64,000 bases of DNA from Kofleriaceae bacterium (GTDB taxonomy: Bacteria > Myxococcota_A > Polyangia > Haliangiales > Haliangiaceae): the NCBI GenBank assembly GCA_965215005.1, contig CBDCCZ010000018.1, positions 128,001 through 192,000 on the forward strand. Direction: 5' to 3'. How positions within the stretch are numbered: the first letter of the stretch is position 1; each line of letters opens with the position of its first letter. The notes under the pieces were generated by a model. The model was not told where the DNA came from. It saw only the letters and a program-made list of their open reading frames with translations, and ran no database searches. Shown here piece by piece: positions 18,384-30,097 of the stretch. Made by a program: the position numbers and the translations under genes.

Positions 18384-20627
18384 GTGAACGTACACGCGGT
18401 GTCGTCCCTGTTGGCGGCGCTGGTCATCTTGGCGATCGGCGCTTCGGTCCTGTTGCGGGACCGCACCCGGCGAACCTATACCTCGTTCGCCGCGTTCGCG
18501 TTCATGGTTTCGGCCTGGCACTTGTGCACGTTCATCGCGGTGGCCACCACTAGTCCGCTGGTGCGGTGGCTGGCGCTATGGCCCGCAGCAACCATTCCGC
18601 CTACCGCGGTGGCCTTCTTCCGGGAATTTCTCGCCCAGCCCTCCATCGGCGGCCAGCGCCGGCCACCGCGCGCGACGCTGGCGTGGACGATCGCTGCGTA
18701 TCTGGCGCTCATCTACTCGGCCATCGTCCACCCGATTCACGATGAGATCTGGTTTCAGCTGCCGTTTGGCGCGTACGTGTTTGGCGGCCTGCTCCGCTGC
18801 GTTTACGACATGTACAGCCAGTATCGCGACACCGCCAAGCGGGTCGAGCGCATCCGCATCCGCTACCTCATGCTCGGCGGCTTGGTGGCGATCACCCTGC
18901 AGCTCACCGACGTGTTGCCGCGCTTTGGCGTCGCCTGGCCGACCATCGGCAACGTCCTAACGATCCTCTATCTGTACTTCTTATCGCAGACGCTGTTTCG
19001 CTATCGACTCATCGACCTCAACGAGCTGGTCGGCAAGATGGCGGTGCTGGGAACGCTGGTGGTGCTGCTGTGGGCGGTGTATGGCCTGCTTCTGACCTGG
19101 GTCGGCGGCGGCCGAGACGGGCTGTTTCTGCTCAACGCACTGGTCGCCTCGTTCGTCATCTTGGTGCTGTTCGAGCCGGTGCGCAGCCGACTCGAAAACG
19201 GCATCAATCGCTGGCTGGTCCGCCAGCGTCACGAGCTGCGCGGTCGCATCGATAGGCTGCGTCGCGAGCTCGTCAACGTCGTCGACGTTCCCGACATGAC
19301 CGCGCGCATCATGACCGCGCTCGAAGAAGCGCGCCGGGTCACGCACGCATCGATTTACCTGCTCGACCCCGATGGTGCGGGCTTCGATTGCATCGGCAAC
19401 TATGGCGAAGCGCCAATCGAGCGCCTCGATGCGGCCTCGCACCGCTACTTCTTCGATCGGCTGCGCAGCGGCTATCTCGATCTCGAGCTGCTGCGCCGCG
19501 AGCTCGAAGAGGTCGAGGCGGGCGAGGCGCCCAAGGAAAACCGCGAGAAGCTCGACGCGCTGATTCAACAGCTCGAGGAGATGAAAACCAGCCTGGTGTT
19601 TCCCCTGTTTGGCTCCGCCGAAACCGAGCAAGGGGCGTGGCTGCTCGGCGTGCTCGCGCTGCGGGATGAACGCACCGAGGGCGCATTCGACCTCGACGAC
19701 ATCGACATGTTCCGCCAGCTCGCCGCCGCCGCGGCGCGCGCCATCGAGTCGAGCCAGGTGTATGAGCGCGTCAAGGAGCGCGATCGCCTCGCGGCCATCG
19801 GCGAGATGGCCGCTGGCCTAGCGCACGAAATTCGCAATCCGCTCGGCGCCATCAAAGGCGCTGCCCAGCTCCTCATCGGCCCCGATGGCAAGCCTGTCGA
19901 GGTCGGTCCCGAAACCGGGGAATTCCTCGATATCATCATTGAGGAGGTCAATCGTCTCAACCGCGTGGTCACGCAGTTTCTCGACTACGCGCGGCTCGAG
20001 AAGTACGAGCCGTTTGAGCCCAACCAACTCGATGTCAACGAGGTCGTGCAAAAGACCGTGCAGCTACTTGCCAATCGCGACGACGCAAGCGGCATCGACA
20101 TCGACGTCCGTATCGACGACCTCATTCCGCCGGTCGCCGGCGACGCCGAATCGCTCTTGCAGGTGTTCCTCAACCTCGGCATCAACGCGCTCCAAGCAAT
20201 GCAGCACGGCGGAGTGCTCGAAATCATTACCACCCGCCGCCGCCGCTCACGCCTCGGCTATGGCTCGTTTGCCGAAATTCGCTTTCGCGACACCGGCGTT
20301 GGCATCGCGGGCGACAAGCTGAAAAAGCTATTCATCCCGTTCTTTACGACCAAGTCGCGTGGCACTGGCCTTGGCTTGGCGATCTCGCAGCGCATCGTCA
20401 ACCAACACGGCGGCACCATCGAAGTGCGCTCGAACCCCGGCAAAGGCTCGACGTTCTCGGTGTTCTTGCCGGCGCTCGGACCATCGTTGCCCTCTCGCGA
20501 AGAGGCCGAGATCGACGGCGACTACGACGTCTTCGAGCGCGAGACGCCAGCGCCTCCGCTATCCGTCGAACCGGTCGCCGATGCCCCGGCTACGACCGGC
20601 ACCGACGAGCGGGCAGGTCCTGGTTAG
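18384..20627 (+). CDS. Membrane sensor histidine kinase (multi-TM, GAF-like, HisKA, HATPase)
   Basis: [25 protein letters not shown] and [13 protein letters not shown]. Confidence 0.93.
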   Translation: MNVHAVSSLLAALVILAIGASVLLRDRTRRTYTSFAAFAFMVSAWHLCTFIAVATTSPLVRWLALWPAATIPPTAVAFFREFLAQPSIGGQRRPPRATLAWTIAAYLALIYSAIVHPIHDEIWFQLPFGAYVFGGLLRCVYDMYSQYRDTAKRVERIRIRYLMLGGLVAITLQLTDVLPRFGVAWPTIGNVLTILYLYFLSQTLFRYRLIDLNELVGKMAVLGTLVVLLWAVYGLLLTWVGGGRDGLFLLNALVASFVILVLFEPVRSRLENGINRWLVRQRHELRGRIDRLRRELVNVVDVPDMTARIMTALEEARRVTHASIYLLDPDGAGFDCIGNYGEAPIERLDAASHRYFFDRLRSGYLDLELLRRELEEVEAGEAPKENREKLDALIQQLEEMKTSLVFPLFGSAETEQGAWLLGVLALRDERTEGAFDLDDIDMFRQLAAAAARAIESSQVYERVKERDRLAAIGEMAAGLAHEIRNPLGAIKGAAQLLIGPDGKPVEVGPETGEFLDIIIEEVNRLNRVVTQFLDYARLEKYEPFEPNQLDVNEVVQKTVQLLANRDDASGIDIDVRIDDLIPPVAGDAESLLQVFLNLGINALQAMQHGGVLEIITTRRRRSRLGYGSFAEIRFRDTGVGIAGDKLKKLFIPFFTTKSRGTGLGLAISQRIVNQHGGTIEVRSNPGKGSTFSVFLPALGPSLPSREEAEIDGDYDVFERETPAPPLSVEPVADAPATTGTDERAGPG

Positions 20628-20720
20628 CCCCCCTCGGGCCGCCGGAGCGAGCCGCCGATCGCTCAAAGCCAAGCCCGCCGCAGCAAACCGTCGCCGCGCA
20701 TCTGCTACCTTGGTGCCGGC

Positions 20721-22137
<1,417 letters not shown>

Positions 22138-22139
<2 letters not shown>

Positions 22140-22157
22140 ATCCGAGCACTCGGATTT
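22138..22157 (+). terminator. Possible intrinsic terminator hairpin
   Basis: aaatccga-gcac-tcggattt directly at the stop codon. Confidence 0.5.
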
Positions 22158-22513
22158 CAGGTTCCTTCGCGAAAAGAGAATCTCTCGTGAGTGAGCGGCT
22201 CTAGAAGCCGCAAGCGCGGTAGTAGAAAGCGCCGAGACATGGCGCAGCGCGCCAAAGCCAGCGGGCGGATGACGAGCGACTAGCTCGACAGCGCAGCGCG
22301 AGAGCCCACACGCGCGATGGGGGACGCATTCGTCTATCGGCGAATGGAACGTATGTGTCGCCACGCGAGTTACTGAAGCCATCCACCACAGATCGCCATC
22401 ATTAACTTCTTGAGTGCTTGAACCCTTGGCGGTCAGACCGATTGCGCAACTCGACCCTCGTGGCTAAGGTTCATTCGCCGCCGGCAACCTCAACAGAAGG
22501 GCAATTGCCAACA

Positions 22514-24145
22514 ATGCGAAAACGAAGCTTTTGCGCGCGAGTCGCCGTCTCTGCAGTGGCGATAGTCACGCTTGGTGGGCTTAGCGGGTGCGTGACAGAT
22601 GTCGAAGATGACGAGGCCGGTGATCCTGAAATCACGACCATTCCGCTGGTGAAGTGCGGTGGCAATCCGGTCGACGTCTACTGGGCGATCACCGACATGA
22701 CGCCGTCCACCGGAGCCGCGGCTCCCGATGGTTGGAATCTGTGGACCAACGGTACGTTGACGTTTCGCCATGACTTCAACTCCGAGAAACGCATCCTTAT
22801 CCGGGCCAAAGGCGACCCCGCCGGTGGAGTCTGGCCGCGTATGCGCGTCACCGTGGGCGGTCAGCAGGTGATGGTCAGGAACGTGTCCAGCGGCAGTTAC
22901 AAGAACTTCACCGCAGAGCTGCCAACCTTCTCCGGCACCAAGACAGTGTCCATCGCGTTCCTCAACGACTCCACCGTCAACGGCGACCGCAACCTGTACG
23001 TGCGGAAGGCTGAGATTGGCTGTGCGCAAGCCGACGACGGCGGCGGCAATGAAGACGGCGGCGCCGATGACGGCGGCAGCGCCGGCACCGGCTATCAGGC
23101 GGGCGTGCTGCCGCGTGCCGACTTGATCACGGAGGCCGACCTCCGAAGCACCTATAGCGGATGGAAGTCGAAGTACATCGTTGACTGTGGCAGTGGTCGT
23201 GCACGAGTAGAGAACTTCGAGAACGGCACACGCACCACGTACTCTGAAGGACAAGGCTACGGCATGTTGATCGCGGCGTACATGAATGACAGGACGCTGT
23301 TCGATCGACTATGGGCGATGGGCAAAGCGCGCCTCAATGGCAATGGAGTGATGGGCTGGCAGTTTGACTGCAACGGCTACATCAGCTCGGTCGGCGGCAG
23401 CACCTCCGCGACCGATGGCGATCTCGACGCGATCATGGGCCTTGCGGTCGCCGCAGATCGCTGGGGCTCGAGCTATCGAACCCAAGCCGTTCAGTACATC
23501 ACCGACCTAAAAGATCATAACTTCCTCAAGCACCCAGGAAGCGGCACTTGGATTCAGGCACCGGGCGATGACGATGGTCGCCGCCTGCAATACTTTGGCA
23601 ACAGCTCGTACTTCATCCCCGCCTATTACCGCGTCTTTCAACAGCTCAGCGGAGATGCCGATTGGGGCGCCATCACGAGCGACACCTATGACCAACTCGA
23701 GGCCGCTGCTCATGGCACCACCGGTCTCGTGGGCAACGAAGTCTATTGGGACGGGCGCAACAAGGAAAACCAGGTCGACTACAACGGAGCTCGCATGCCC
23801 TGGCGGCTCGCCCTCGATGTCCTATGGCACAACAACAGCCGCGGCAAAGCCCTCCTAGCGAAGCAGAATGCGTGGGCGGTGAACCTCGGCGTCGGCAACA
23901 TCCGCGACGGCTACAATCGCGACGGCACCATGACCGGTGGCTGGAACGAGAGCCCGGCCTTCATGGGAGCCTGGGCCGTTGGCATGATGGCGCGCAATCA
24001 AGCCAGCGTGAACACCTTCACCGAGTTCTTCGTCAATCGCGCCACCTTTGACCAGTATTACGCGACCTCGCTGCGACTACTCTACCAGCTAACCCTCACC
24101 GGGCGCATGTGGCGCCCCGGCAACGGCGTCCCCGCCGGCCTCTGA
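22514..24145 (+). CDS. Lipoprotein glycoside hydrolase family 8 with a CBM60-like module
   Basis: Lipobox LSGC. AKGDPAGGVWPRM...FLND...DRNLYV (CBM60-like), a Gly/Asp linker, then SEGQGYGM, SATDGDLD and YNGARMPWR (GH8). Confidence 0.9.
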   Translation: MRKRSFCARVAVSAVAIVTLGGLSGCVTDVEDDEAGDPEITTIPLVKCGGNPVDVYWAITDMTPSTGAAAPDGWNLWTNGTLTFRHDFNSEKRILIRAKGDPAGGVWPRMRVTVGGQQVMVRNVSSGSYKNFTAELPTFSGTKTVSIAFLNDSTVNGDRNLYVRKAEIGCAQADDGGGNEDGGADDGGSAGTGYQAGVLPRADLITEADLRSTYSGWKSKYIVDCGSGRARVENFENGTRTTYSEGQGYGMLIAAYMNDRTLFDRLWAMGKARLNGNGVMGWQFDCNGYISSVGGSTSATDGDLDAIMGLAVAADRWGSSYRTQAVQYITDLKDHNFLKHPGSGTWIQAPGDDDGRRLQYFGNSSYFIPAYYRVFQQLSGDADWGAITSDTYDQLEAAAHGTTGLVGNEVYWDGRNKENQVDYNGARMPWRLALDVLWHNNSRGKALLAKQNAWAVNLGVGNIRDGYNRDGTMTGGWNESPAFMGAWAVGMMARNQASVNTFTEFFVNRATFDQYYATSLRLLYQLTLTGRMWRPGNGVPAGL

Positions 24146-24155
24146 GCCCAATGCC

Positions 24156-24190
24156 AGGCGCGGCGCCCTCCTCGGGGCGCCGCATGCCTT
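24156..24190 (+). terminator. GC-rich hairpin after the GH8 gene
   Basis: gcggcgccc-tcctcg-gggcgccgc with flanking aggc/gcct; the U-tract is weak. Confidence 0.45.
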
Positions 24191-24570
24191 AAAGCGGCGC
24201 CACAGCCGACGCTGCGCAGCGTCGGCGCGAAGCACCGGCCCCGCGGCCCGGTTGTGGACCACCACATCCGCTTATTGCCGCCCCGTCCAGCAAGTGGGCA
24301 GCCGCCCATATCACGACAAGCACATCTCTACAGCTCCGCGATCGCGGAGCTGCATCCTCCTGCGCTACTGATTGAAGCGAGTCGCCGCCAACGGCGGTGG
24401 ACGAGCGTTCGGCCATCTTTCCCGAGGGACCGTCGCGTGGGAAGCTGCCGGCCAGCTCAGTGTCGCACCATGCAAGCCGACAGAGGCGGCCGTGCCTGAG
24501 TTGTTGATAGAGCGGCGAGAACGCCTGTGTCGGGCGGAGGTCCTGCGATGCCGAAGGAGATTGCGAACCG

Positions 24571-25263
24571 ATGAGCAAGATTACCGACTGCACGCTGCCG
24601 TGTCCGTCGTGTGGGCAGGAGCAGAAGCTAACCGTTTTCGAGAGTCTCAATGGCGAGCGGGTACCGGCGCAGGTCGAACGATTGGTGCGCGGCGAGTTCG
24701 AGCGCAGCCGGTGCAGCCAGTGCAACGGCGAATTCGTGCCGGAGCATCGAATGCTGCTTTCGTGGTTCTCGCGCGGTCTCTGGATCGTCATGCATCCACG
24801 GCCGGAGCGGGTGCGCTTCGCGACGCTGGAGCGGGGGATCGAGCTGGTGATGGAAGAGCAGTTGGCACTGGCTCCGCCGGTGGTGCAGCACCAGACGCGC
24901 GGGGTTCGGCCACGGCTGGTATTTGGACAGGAGATGCTGCGTGAGGCGGTGATGGTTGCCAACGCGGGGCTCGATCCGGCGCTGCTCGAGTGCGCCAAGC
25001 TACTGGCGTTGCGGCGGGACATGCAGCGCTTCGTGCAGTTTGGGCCGATTCAGCTGTGCTTTGCGGGCCTTGCGGACGACGGAGCGCTCGAGCACGAAGT
25101 GCGCGGAGTGACGACCGGCCGTGTCGTCGGTGAGATTCGCCTGCCCGCCGATGCGCTAGCGGAATGTCGTGCTAGTCAGCCAGAGCTCGAGCTGCGCTTC
25201 CCCGACCTGTTCGCGCAGCCATACGTTTCCGCCTGCCGGTATCTGTACGGCACGACGGTATAG
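24571..25263 (+). CDS. CpXC-domain (Zn-ribbon) protein
   Basis: AAGGAG RBS; CPSCG...CSQC. Confidence 0.75.
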   Translation: MSKITDCTLPCPSCGQEQKLTVFESLNGERVPAQVERLVRGEFERSRCSQCNGEFVPEHRMLLSWFSRGLWIVMHPRPERVRFATLERGIELVMEEQLALAPPVVQHQTRGVRPRLVFGQEMLREAVMVANAGLDPALLECAKLLALRRDMQRFVQFGPIQLCFAGLADDGALEHEVRGVTTGRVVGEIRLPADALAECRASQPELELRFPDLFAQPYVSACRYLYGTTV

Positions 25264-25278
25264 CGGTGGGGTTGCGCC

Positions 25279-27747
25279 TCAGGGGGCAAGCGTGCAGCTC
25301 GGATCAGCGACGGTGACAGCGTTGTTCATTCCGAAGATGAGCTGGTCACCGGCGCTCGTCATCGACAGCGGTTCGTCGGGCAACTCGTAACCGGTGATGA
25401 GGGACAAATCATCGGTGCGGCGTGCCTCCACGATCCAGCGGGCGCGCGATGGCTCGACCGTGCGGTCCCACTCGAGCACTGCTAGGTGCAATCGCTGGCC
25501 GGCGAACCCGAGAATGCGCAGTCCGTGGTGTCGGCGCAGCTCATCGTCGGGCAACGGGTGCTCTGCGGTGATTACCACCTGTTCTCCGACTCGTTCGATC
25601 ACGGTGAGAGACTCATGGCTTGCGAGAAGAGCTCGATTGCCGTGAACCACGATCTCGCTTGGCCATTGATCGGTCGTGAGTCGCGTACGCGCCTGGAGCG
25701 TCAGCTGTTTGTTGTCGAGGTCGAACCACGAGACGGTCCAGGTGCGGTCTTTATGCGAATGCGCCACGACGAGTGTCTTTGCCGAAGGGTCGACGCCCAA
25801 GGATTGGTAGCTCTGATCCTCCTCGGAGAATTCGAGGTCGATCAGCGCTTCGAAATCGGATCGCGTCGGTTCCGGTCCCGGCGATGCGAGCATGTCGTAG
25901 CGATAGAGCTGCACGCCGACCTCTTCGACCCTCTCGGCGGTAAACAGGTATCGACCGGCGGCCTTCAAGTCGAGCCAGTGCTCCTCGGGTCCGGGAAGTA
26001 CGAGCTCACCCTCAACCCCCGGAGGCGCGCTGCTGACGTCGAGCTGACCGATGCGAACTGGTCCCCGGCTGTGTCGGGTGCCTCCGAGCAGCCTGCGCGA
26101 CAACAGCAGCCGCGGCGCTCGCCCCGGCATGATGGCCAACCGATACCGCGGTAGCGCTCGCGACATCGTCTGTCCTCCGCTGAGGATCACCGGCGCATCG
26201 GGATCAGCGATATCAATGGCGTGACTGGCGTAGATGCCGAGCGCGACCAATACGTTGGAGGCCTGGGCGAGAACCCACGCCATGGAGCCGTGGCGATGCC
26301 CGGTGATTGGACTGATCTCGCCAGCATTGCCGAGGTGCAAAACCGTGCGCCAGGGCTGCAACACCGCGTACTGCTCATTGCGAATCGGACGAACGGTGCT
26401 GACAAAGTCGCCTACGCAGCATCCTTGGCGAAACGTCCATTGGTCGCCCGGCGCCACCGCACCGTTGGCACCCACGGTATAGGTGGCGGCGTGATAGTCG
26501 CCGCCAACTCCGTACTGGCGCCACTGCACGAGCAACTGATCGCTCCAGATGGCGACTCCGGTGGGGCCGTGACGCTCTGGAGCCGGCACCGTGCCGACAT
26601 GCTCGAGGGTGGCGGCATCGACCAGCTCGACCGCCCCAAGGTCCCCGGCTCGCCCGACGCTCAGCAGCGCGATGTGCGTGGCGCTGGCGTCGAGAAACTC
26701 GAAGTAGATGTTGTCGAGGACGCGGGCCTGCTCGGTCGGCTGCCGCGGATTCCGCACATCGAACACCGTGAGCCCTGCTCCGGCCATGTACAAGCGATCT
26801 CCTCCAGGAGACGCGGCCAGCTCGCTGCAATAGTCGGTTGGCTGCTCGACCACCTCCTGCATCTGGCCGCTGGCATCGAGCTGATAGCCCCAGAGATAGC
26901 GATGATAGGTCACCGACCCGCACAGCCACAGCGTCTCGCCCGTTGCGGCGACGCCGGTCACCAGACGCCGCGTTTGCCTGTCCCTAGGCAAAGGCATCCA
27001 CGAGCGTTGAACCAGTCGATCGCCATCGATTGCAACCATTGCGATTCCTGCGGCTCTGTTGCCGTATTCGTCGGTCGTGATGAGCGCAACCAGCGTGGGG
27101 GTCATCGGGACCACGAACGAGGTCGGCTCGTCTCCCCATACCCCTACGCTCTTACTCCGATGGGTCAGCGGCACGTCGACTGACAGAGTGTCGAGCACCT
27201 CCACGCCATCGGGATGCAACTCGACCAGGTGCAAGCGCGACTGCTGATAGCCAAGCGACTCCGCGACGATCGCCCGGGCCTCACCGACGAATGCAGCAAG
27301 CCCTTCGAACGCGTCATCCTCCGGTGAAGCGCCGAAGCTGTGCACTTCGCTGCGGATGCCGGGCTCGCGCTCCACCGCCTCACCCACGCAGCTGCCCGCC
27401 GCACAAACATCGGCGGTCGTGCACGCGTCGAGATCATCGCAGGCCGTGCCATCCGCCAGCGGCCGGAGCTCACACGCGCCATCTGCCGTGAGCTCCGCTT
27501 GCTGACACGGCTCGAACGACAGACACCGCGGCGGCGCATCACTATTAGGCGAGCCGTCGGGCTCACTGCTCGCATCCGCAGCCGGCTCCAGAACTCCCGC
27601 ATCCGTGCTTGCCCCAGAGCCCGAGCCGCCACAACCCATGTCTAGCGAAGCGATAAGCGCGACCAGCAAGACCCAGCCGCCCCACTCTCGCCACACCGCG
27701 CGCGCTTCTACCCTCAGCCGTTCCTCGGTCAACATTGCTAGCACCAC
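25279..27747 (-). CDS. Cys-rich lipoprotein with beta-propeller (LVIVD-like) repeats
   Basis: Lipobox-like MGC; DGTACDDLDACTTADVCAAGSCVG; GLTVFDVRNPRQP and IDIADPDAP. The start is uncertain. Confidence 0.7.
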   Translation of the reverse strand: MVLAMLTEERLRVEARAVWREWGGWVLLVALIASLDMGCGGSGSGASTDAGVLEPAADASSEPDGSPNSDAPPRCLSFEPCQQAELTADGACELRPLADGTACDDLDACTTADVCAAGSCVGEAVEREPGIRSEVHSFGASPEDDAFEGLAAFVGEARAIVAESLGYQQSRLHLVELHPDGVEVLDTLSVDVPLTHRSKSVGVWGDEPTSFVVPMTPTLVALITTDEYGNRAAGIAMVAIDGDRLVQRSWMPLPRDRQTRRLVTGVAATGETLWLCGSVTYHRYLWGYQLDASGQMQEVVEQPTDYCSELAASPGGDRLYMAGAGLTVFDVRNPRQPTEQARVLDNIYFEFLDASATHIALLSVGRAGDLGAVELVDAATLEHVGTVPAPERHGPTGVAIWSDQLLVQWRQYGVGGDYHAATYTVGANGAVAPGDQWTFRQGCCVGDFVSTVRPIRNEQYAVLQPWRTVLHLGNAGEISPITGHRHGSMAWVLAQASNVLVALGIYASHAIDIADPDAPVILSGGQTMSRALPRYRLAIMPGRAPRLLLSRRLLGGTRHSRGPVRIGQLDVSSAPPGVEGELVLPGPEEHWLDLKAAGRYLFTAERVEEVGVQLYRYDMLASPGPEPTRSDFEALIDLEFSEEDQSYQSLGVDPSAKTLVVAHSHKDRTWTVSWFDLDNKQLTLQARTRLTTDQWPSEIVVHGNRALLASHESLTVIERVGEQVVITAEHPLPDDELRRHHGLRILGFAGQRLHLAVLEWDRTVEPSRARWIVEARRTDDLSLITGYELPDEPLSMTSAGDQLIFGMNNAVTVADPSCTLAP

Positions 27748-27756
27748 GCCACCTTC

Positions 27757-27972
27757 CTAGGAATCACGTTGGAAGTCGTGAACCAGGTCGAAACCACCGT
27801 ACGAAGTGGGCGCAGTCTGCATCATGAAAGCAGCCTCCGCCTCCCCCAGCTTCGACTCTGCCAACCTTTACCCGCCGTCCGAGGATCTCATCCGGCCGTG
27901 CATGAGCCATTCACGAGCGGCTAATACCCCGCCGCGGGATTGATGACGCAGAAGTCCGCCGTGAACCACTAG
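27757..27972. mobile_element. CTAG-bounded 216-bp putative IS630-like remnant/MITE
   Basis: The right end gccgtgaaccactag is the exact reverse complement of 6968-6982. The left end ctaggaatcacgttggaagtcgtgaacc is a degenerate copy of the 6968-7001 hairpin. Confidence 0.5.
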
Positions 27973-29000
27973 CTCTTCGTGCGGCGCCGGCTCACGCGCA
28001 CCCTCCACGCCGCGTCCTCTTTGACGATCTCCACGTCGACGTCGAGAAAGCTACCAATGACATCGCAATGCGTGCGCGTGTGCTCGGTGGGCTCCACGGT
28101 TCGAAAGCAACCGCCGCCCGCGATGGCGAGCCACAACAGCAGTTGGTCGGCGAGGTACTGACCAACGGGCACCTCAGCAGCGAGGTACGTCTTCACCTCG
28201 CGAACCACGCCCGCGGCGACGTGTTCGGCCGCCAGCCCTTTCTCCCCAAATCCAGTGAAGACCTCGGTGACCTCTTCGGACTCGATGACCACGGTGACGA
28301 CATTGCCGGGACCCATGGCGTTTTCCACGCGGTGTACTTGCGCAGGGGTGCCGTCCCAGTCGAGAGCCGCAGCAATCGCCCTCACCTCGCGGGTACCGAT
28401 GTCCGTCGCCACCACCGAAACCTGCGCCGCAATCTCGCGCCGGCGGATGACGCCGCGGGTTTCGAGCGCGAGCGGCATGAGGCGTTGGGTCGGCGTGACC
28501 CGATACGTCACGTGTCCGCCGCCGGCAGGATAGAAGCCATGACGATGGAGCTGCCCCTCTATCGTCACTCCCATGCGACTGAGAAGGGGGAATAGTGCAT
28601 GGATCAAAAAGTCGAAAGGCGGCGCGAACGGATTATGAGTGCCGCCACGCAGCTCCACAGTCGACGGACCCGCCGCAAGAGCGAGAGCCGGCAACACCGT
28701 CTGAAATACTAGACTCGTGCTTCCCGCGCTCCCAATCGCAAATGCATACGTTCCTGCCTTCACCTCTCCCGGAGCAAACCGCAGCGCCGTGCTGCCAATG
28801 ACTGCGCCCTCGACAGTTGCTCCAGACACCTCGGCCGCGGCCTGAACCGCCGTGAGGTGCTGACGCAGGAGACCGGGCCGGCGCCGGCCGCCCCGAATCT
28901 TCTCGATTCGAAATGGCGTCTTGGTGAGCAGCGAGAGAGCGAGTGAGGAGCGCAGAATCTGCCCGCCTCCTTCTCCTTGAGATCCATCGATTACGAGCAC
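27969..29000 (-). CDS. rtcA: RNA 3'-terminal phosphate cyclase
   Basis: IDGSQGEGGGQILR, RPGLLRQH, GGTHNP, GFYPAGGG and LADQLL. Confidence 0.96.
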   Translation of the reverse strand: MLVIDGSQGEGGGQILRSSLALSLLTKTPFRIEKIRGGRRRPGLLRQHLTAVQAAAEVSGATVEGAVIGSTALRFAPGEVKAGTYAFAIGSAGSTSLVFQTVLPALALAAGPSTVELRGGTHNPFAPPFDFLIHALFPLLSRMGVTIEGQLHRHGFYPAGGGHVTYRVTPTQRLMPLALETRGVIRRREIAAQVSVVATDIGTREVRAIAAALDWDGTPAQVHRVENAMGPGNVVTVVIESEEVTEVFTGFGEKGLAAEHVAAGVVREVKTYLAAEVPVGQYLADQLLLWLAIAGGGCFRTVEPTEHTRTHCDVIGSFLDVDVEIVKEDAAWRVRVSRRRTKS

Positions 29001-29010
29001 GGGAGCACCG

Positions 29011-29172
29011 TCATCCTTTCACACACACGACCTGCCGCAGCGTATATATCACTTCCACCAGATCACGCTGGGCCGCCATCACGTCGTCTATCGATTTGTA
29101 TGCTGCAGGCGTTTCGTCGATGACTCCTGCGTCCTTACGACACTCCACTAGTGCCGTGGCTTTGGCGCGGTC
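29011..29172 (-). pseudogene. rtcB: RtcB RNA ligase, C-terminal 53-aa remnant
   Basis: Manual translation DRAKATALVECRKDAGVIDETPAAYKSIDDVMAAQRDLVEVIYTLRQVVCVKG* matches the RtcB C-terminus. It sits directly upstream of rtcA and the rest of the gene is absent. Confidence 0.9.
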
Positions 29173-29281
29173 ATTCGCCTGCCCACGCACGTCGGTACCC
29201 GATGCCGACGTGACGAGCCAACTATTGGGCGCGTCACGTCAGCATCATCAGCGCTCAGCAGCTCGCGTTGAGCCTCTAGCT

Positions 29282-30004
29282 CTAGCCCAGAGGAGGTTTC
29301 GCAAGCCGCAGCGTAATCTCCTCCGGCACGCATGCCGCGCTGGTGCGAATCGCCAGCATCGCCGCCTCTGCAATGTCCTCGGGCTGCAGCATCTTGCTGC
29401 GATCCGCTCCTTCTACACCCGCCGTCATATCGGTATCGACGAAGGCGGGATTGATGAGAACCACCTTGATTCCCTCGTGCCGCAGCTTGCGATAGCAGCT
29501 CAAGCTCCAGCCGCGCAGCCCGTGCTTAGAGGCAGCGTACGCCCCATTCTCGGTCATTCCCTCGATTGCCGCCACACTGCCGATGTTGATGATCGTACCG
29601 CGCTGCGCCGCCCGCATCGCTGGGGCCAATCGCCGAGTGAGGCGCATCGGCGCCGCCAGATTCACCAGCAGCCGCTCATCCCACTCGTCCGGATCGCCCT
29701 CCAGCGCATGCCCCGAAAGCGACATCCCGGCGTTGTTGACCAACACGTCAATGACGCCATGCGCCTCCACCAGCCGACTCGCGAGCGCATCGATTGCCTG
29801 CCCATCGCCCAGATCCACCACCTCGACCTGTGCCAGTCGCGCCCCCGCCTGCCGGCACGCCGCCGCCGTCTCCTCGAGCGCATCGCGTGAGCGAGCCGCG
29901 AGCACCACCGCCGCCCCCTCCGCGGCCAGCGCCTTCGCAATCGCGCGTCCAATTCCTCGGCTCGCGCCAGTAATGAGTGCCGTCTGCTCGTTGAGTCGTG
30001 CCAT
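29282..30004 (-). CDS. SDR family oxidoreductase
   Basis: TGASRGIG, NNAG and YAASK. Confidence 0.92.
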   Translation of the reverse strand: MARLNEQTALITGASRGIGRAIAKALAAEGAAVVLAARSRDALEETAAACRQAGARLAQVEVVDLGDGQAIDALASRLVEAHGVIDVLVNNAGMSLSGHALEGDPDEWDERLLVNLAAPMRLTRRLAPAMRAAQRGTIINIGSVAAIEGMTENGAYAASKHGLRGWSLSCYRKLRHEGIKVVLINPAFVDTDMTAGVEGADRSKMLQPEDIAEAAMLAIRTSAACVPEEITLRLAKPPLG

Positions 30005-30097
30005 AGCGGCCGCAGCGTAGCGCATCCAGGGCGGCGCAAGGCACCACTCGAGCTCGCCGATCGTGTCGGTAGGCAACGCAGCCGCGCCCAATGGTTC

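Noticed and set aside
24372..24944. 190-aa ORF overlapping the CpXC gene
   Set aside because: It has no motifs, while the CpXC frame has an RBS and a Zn-ribbon.
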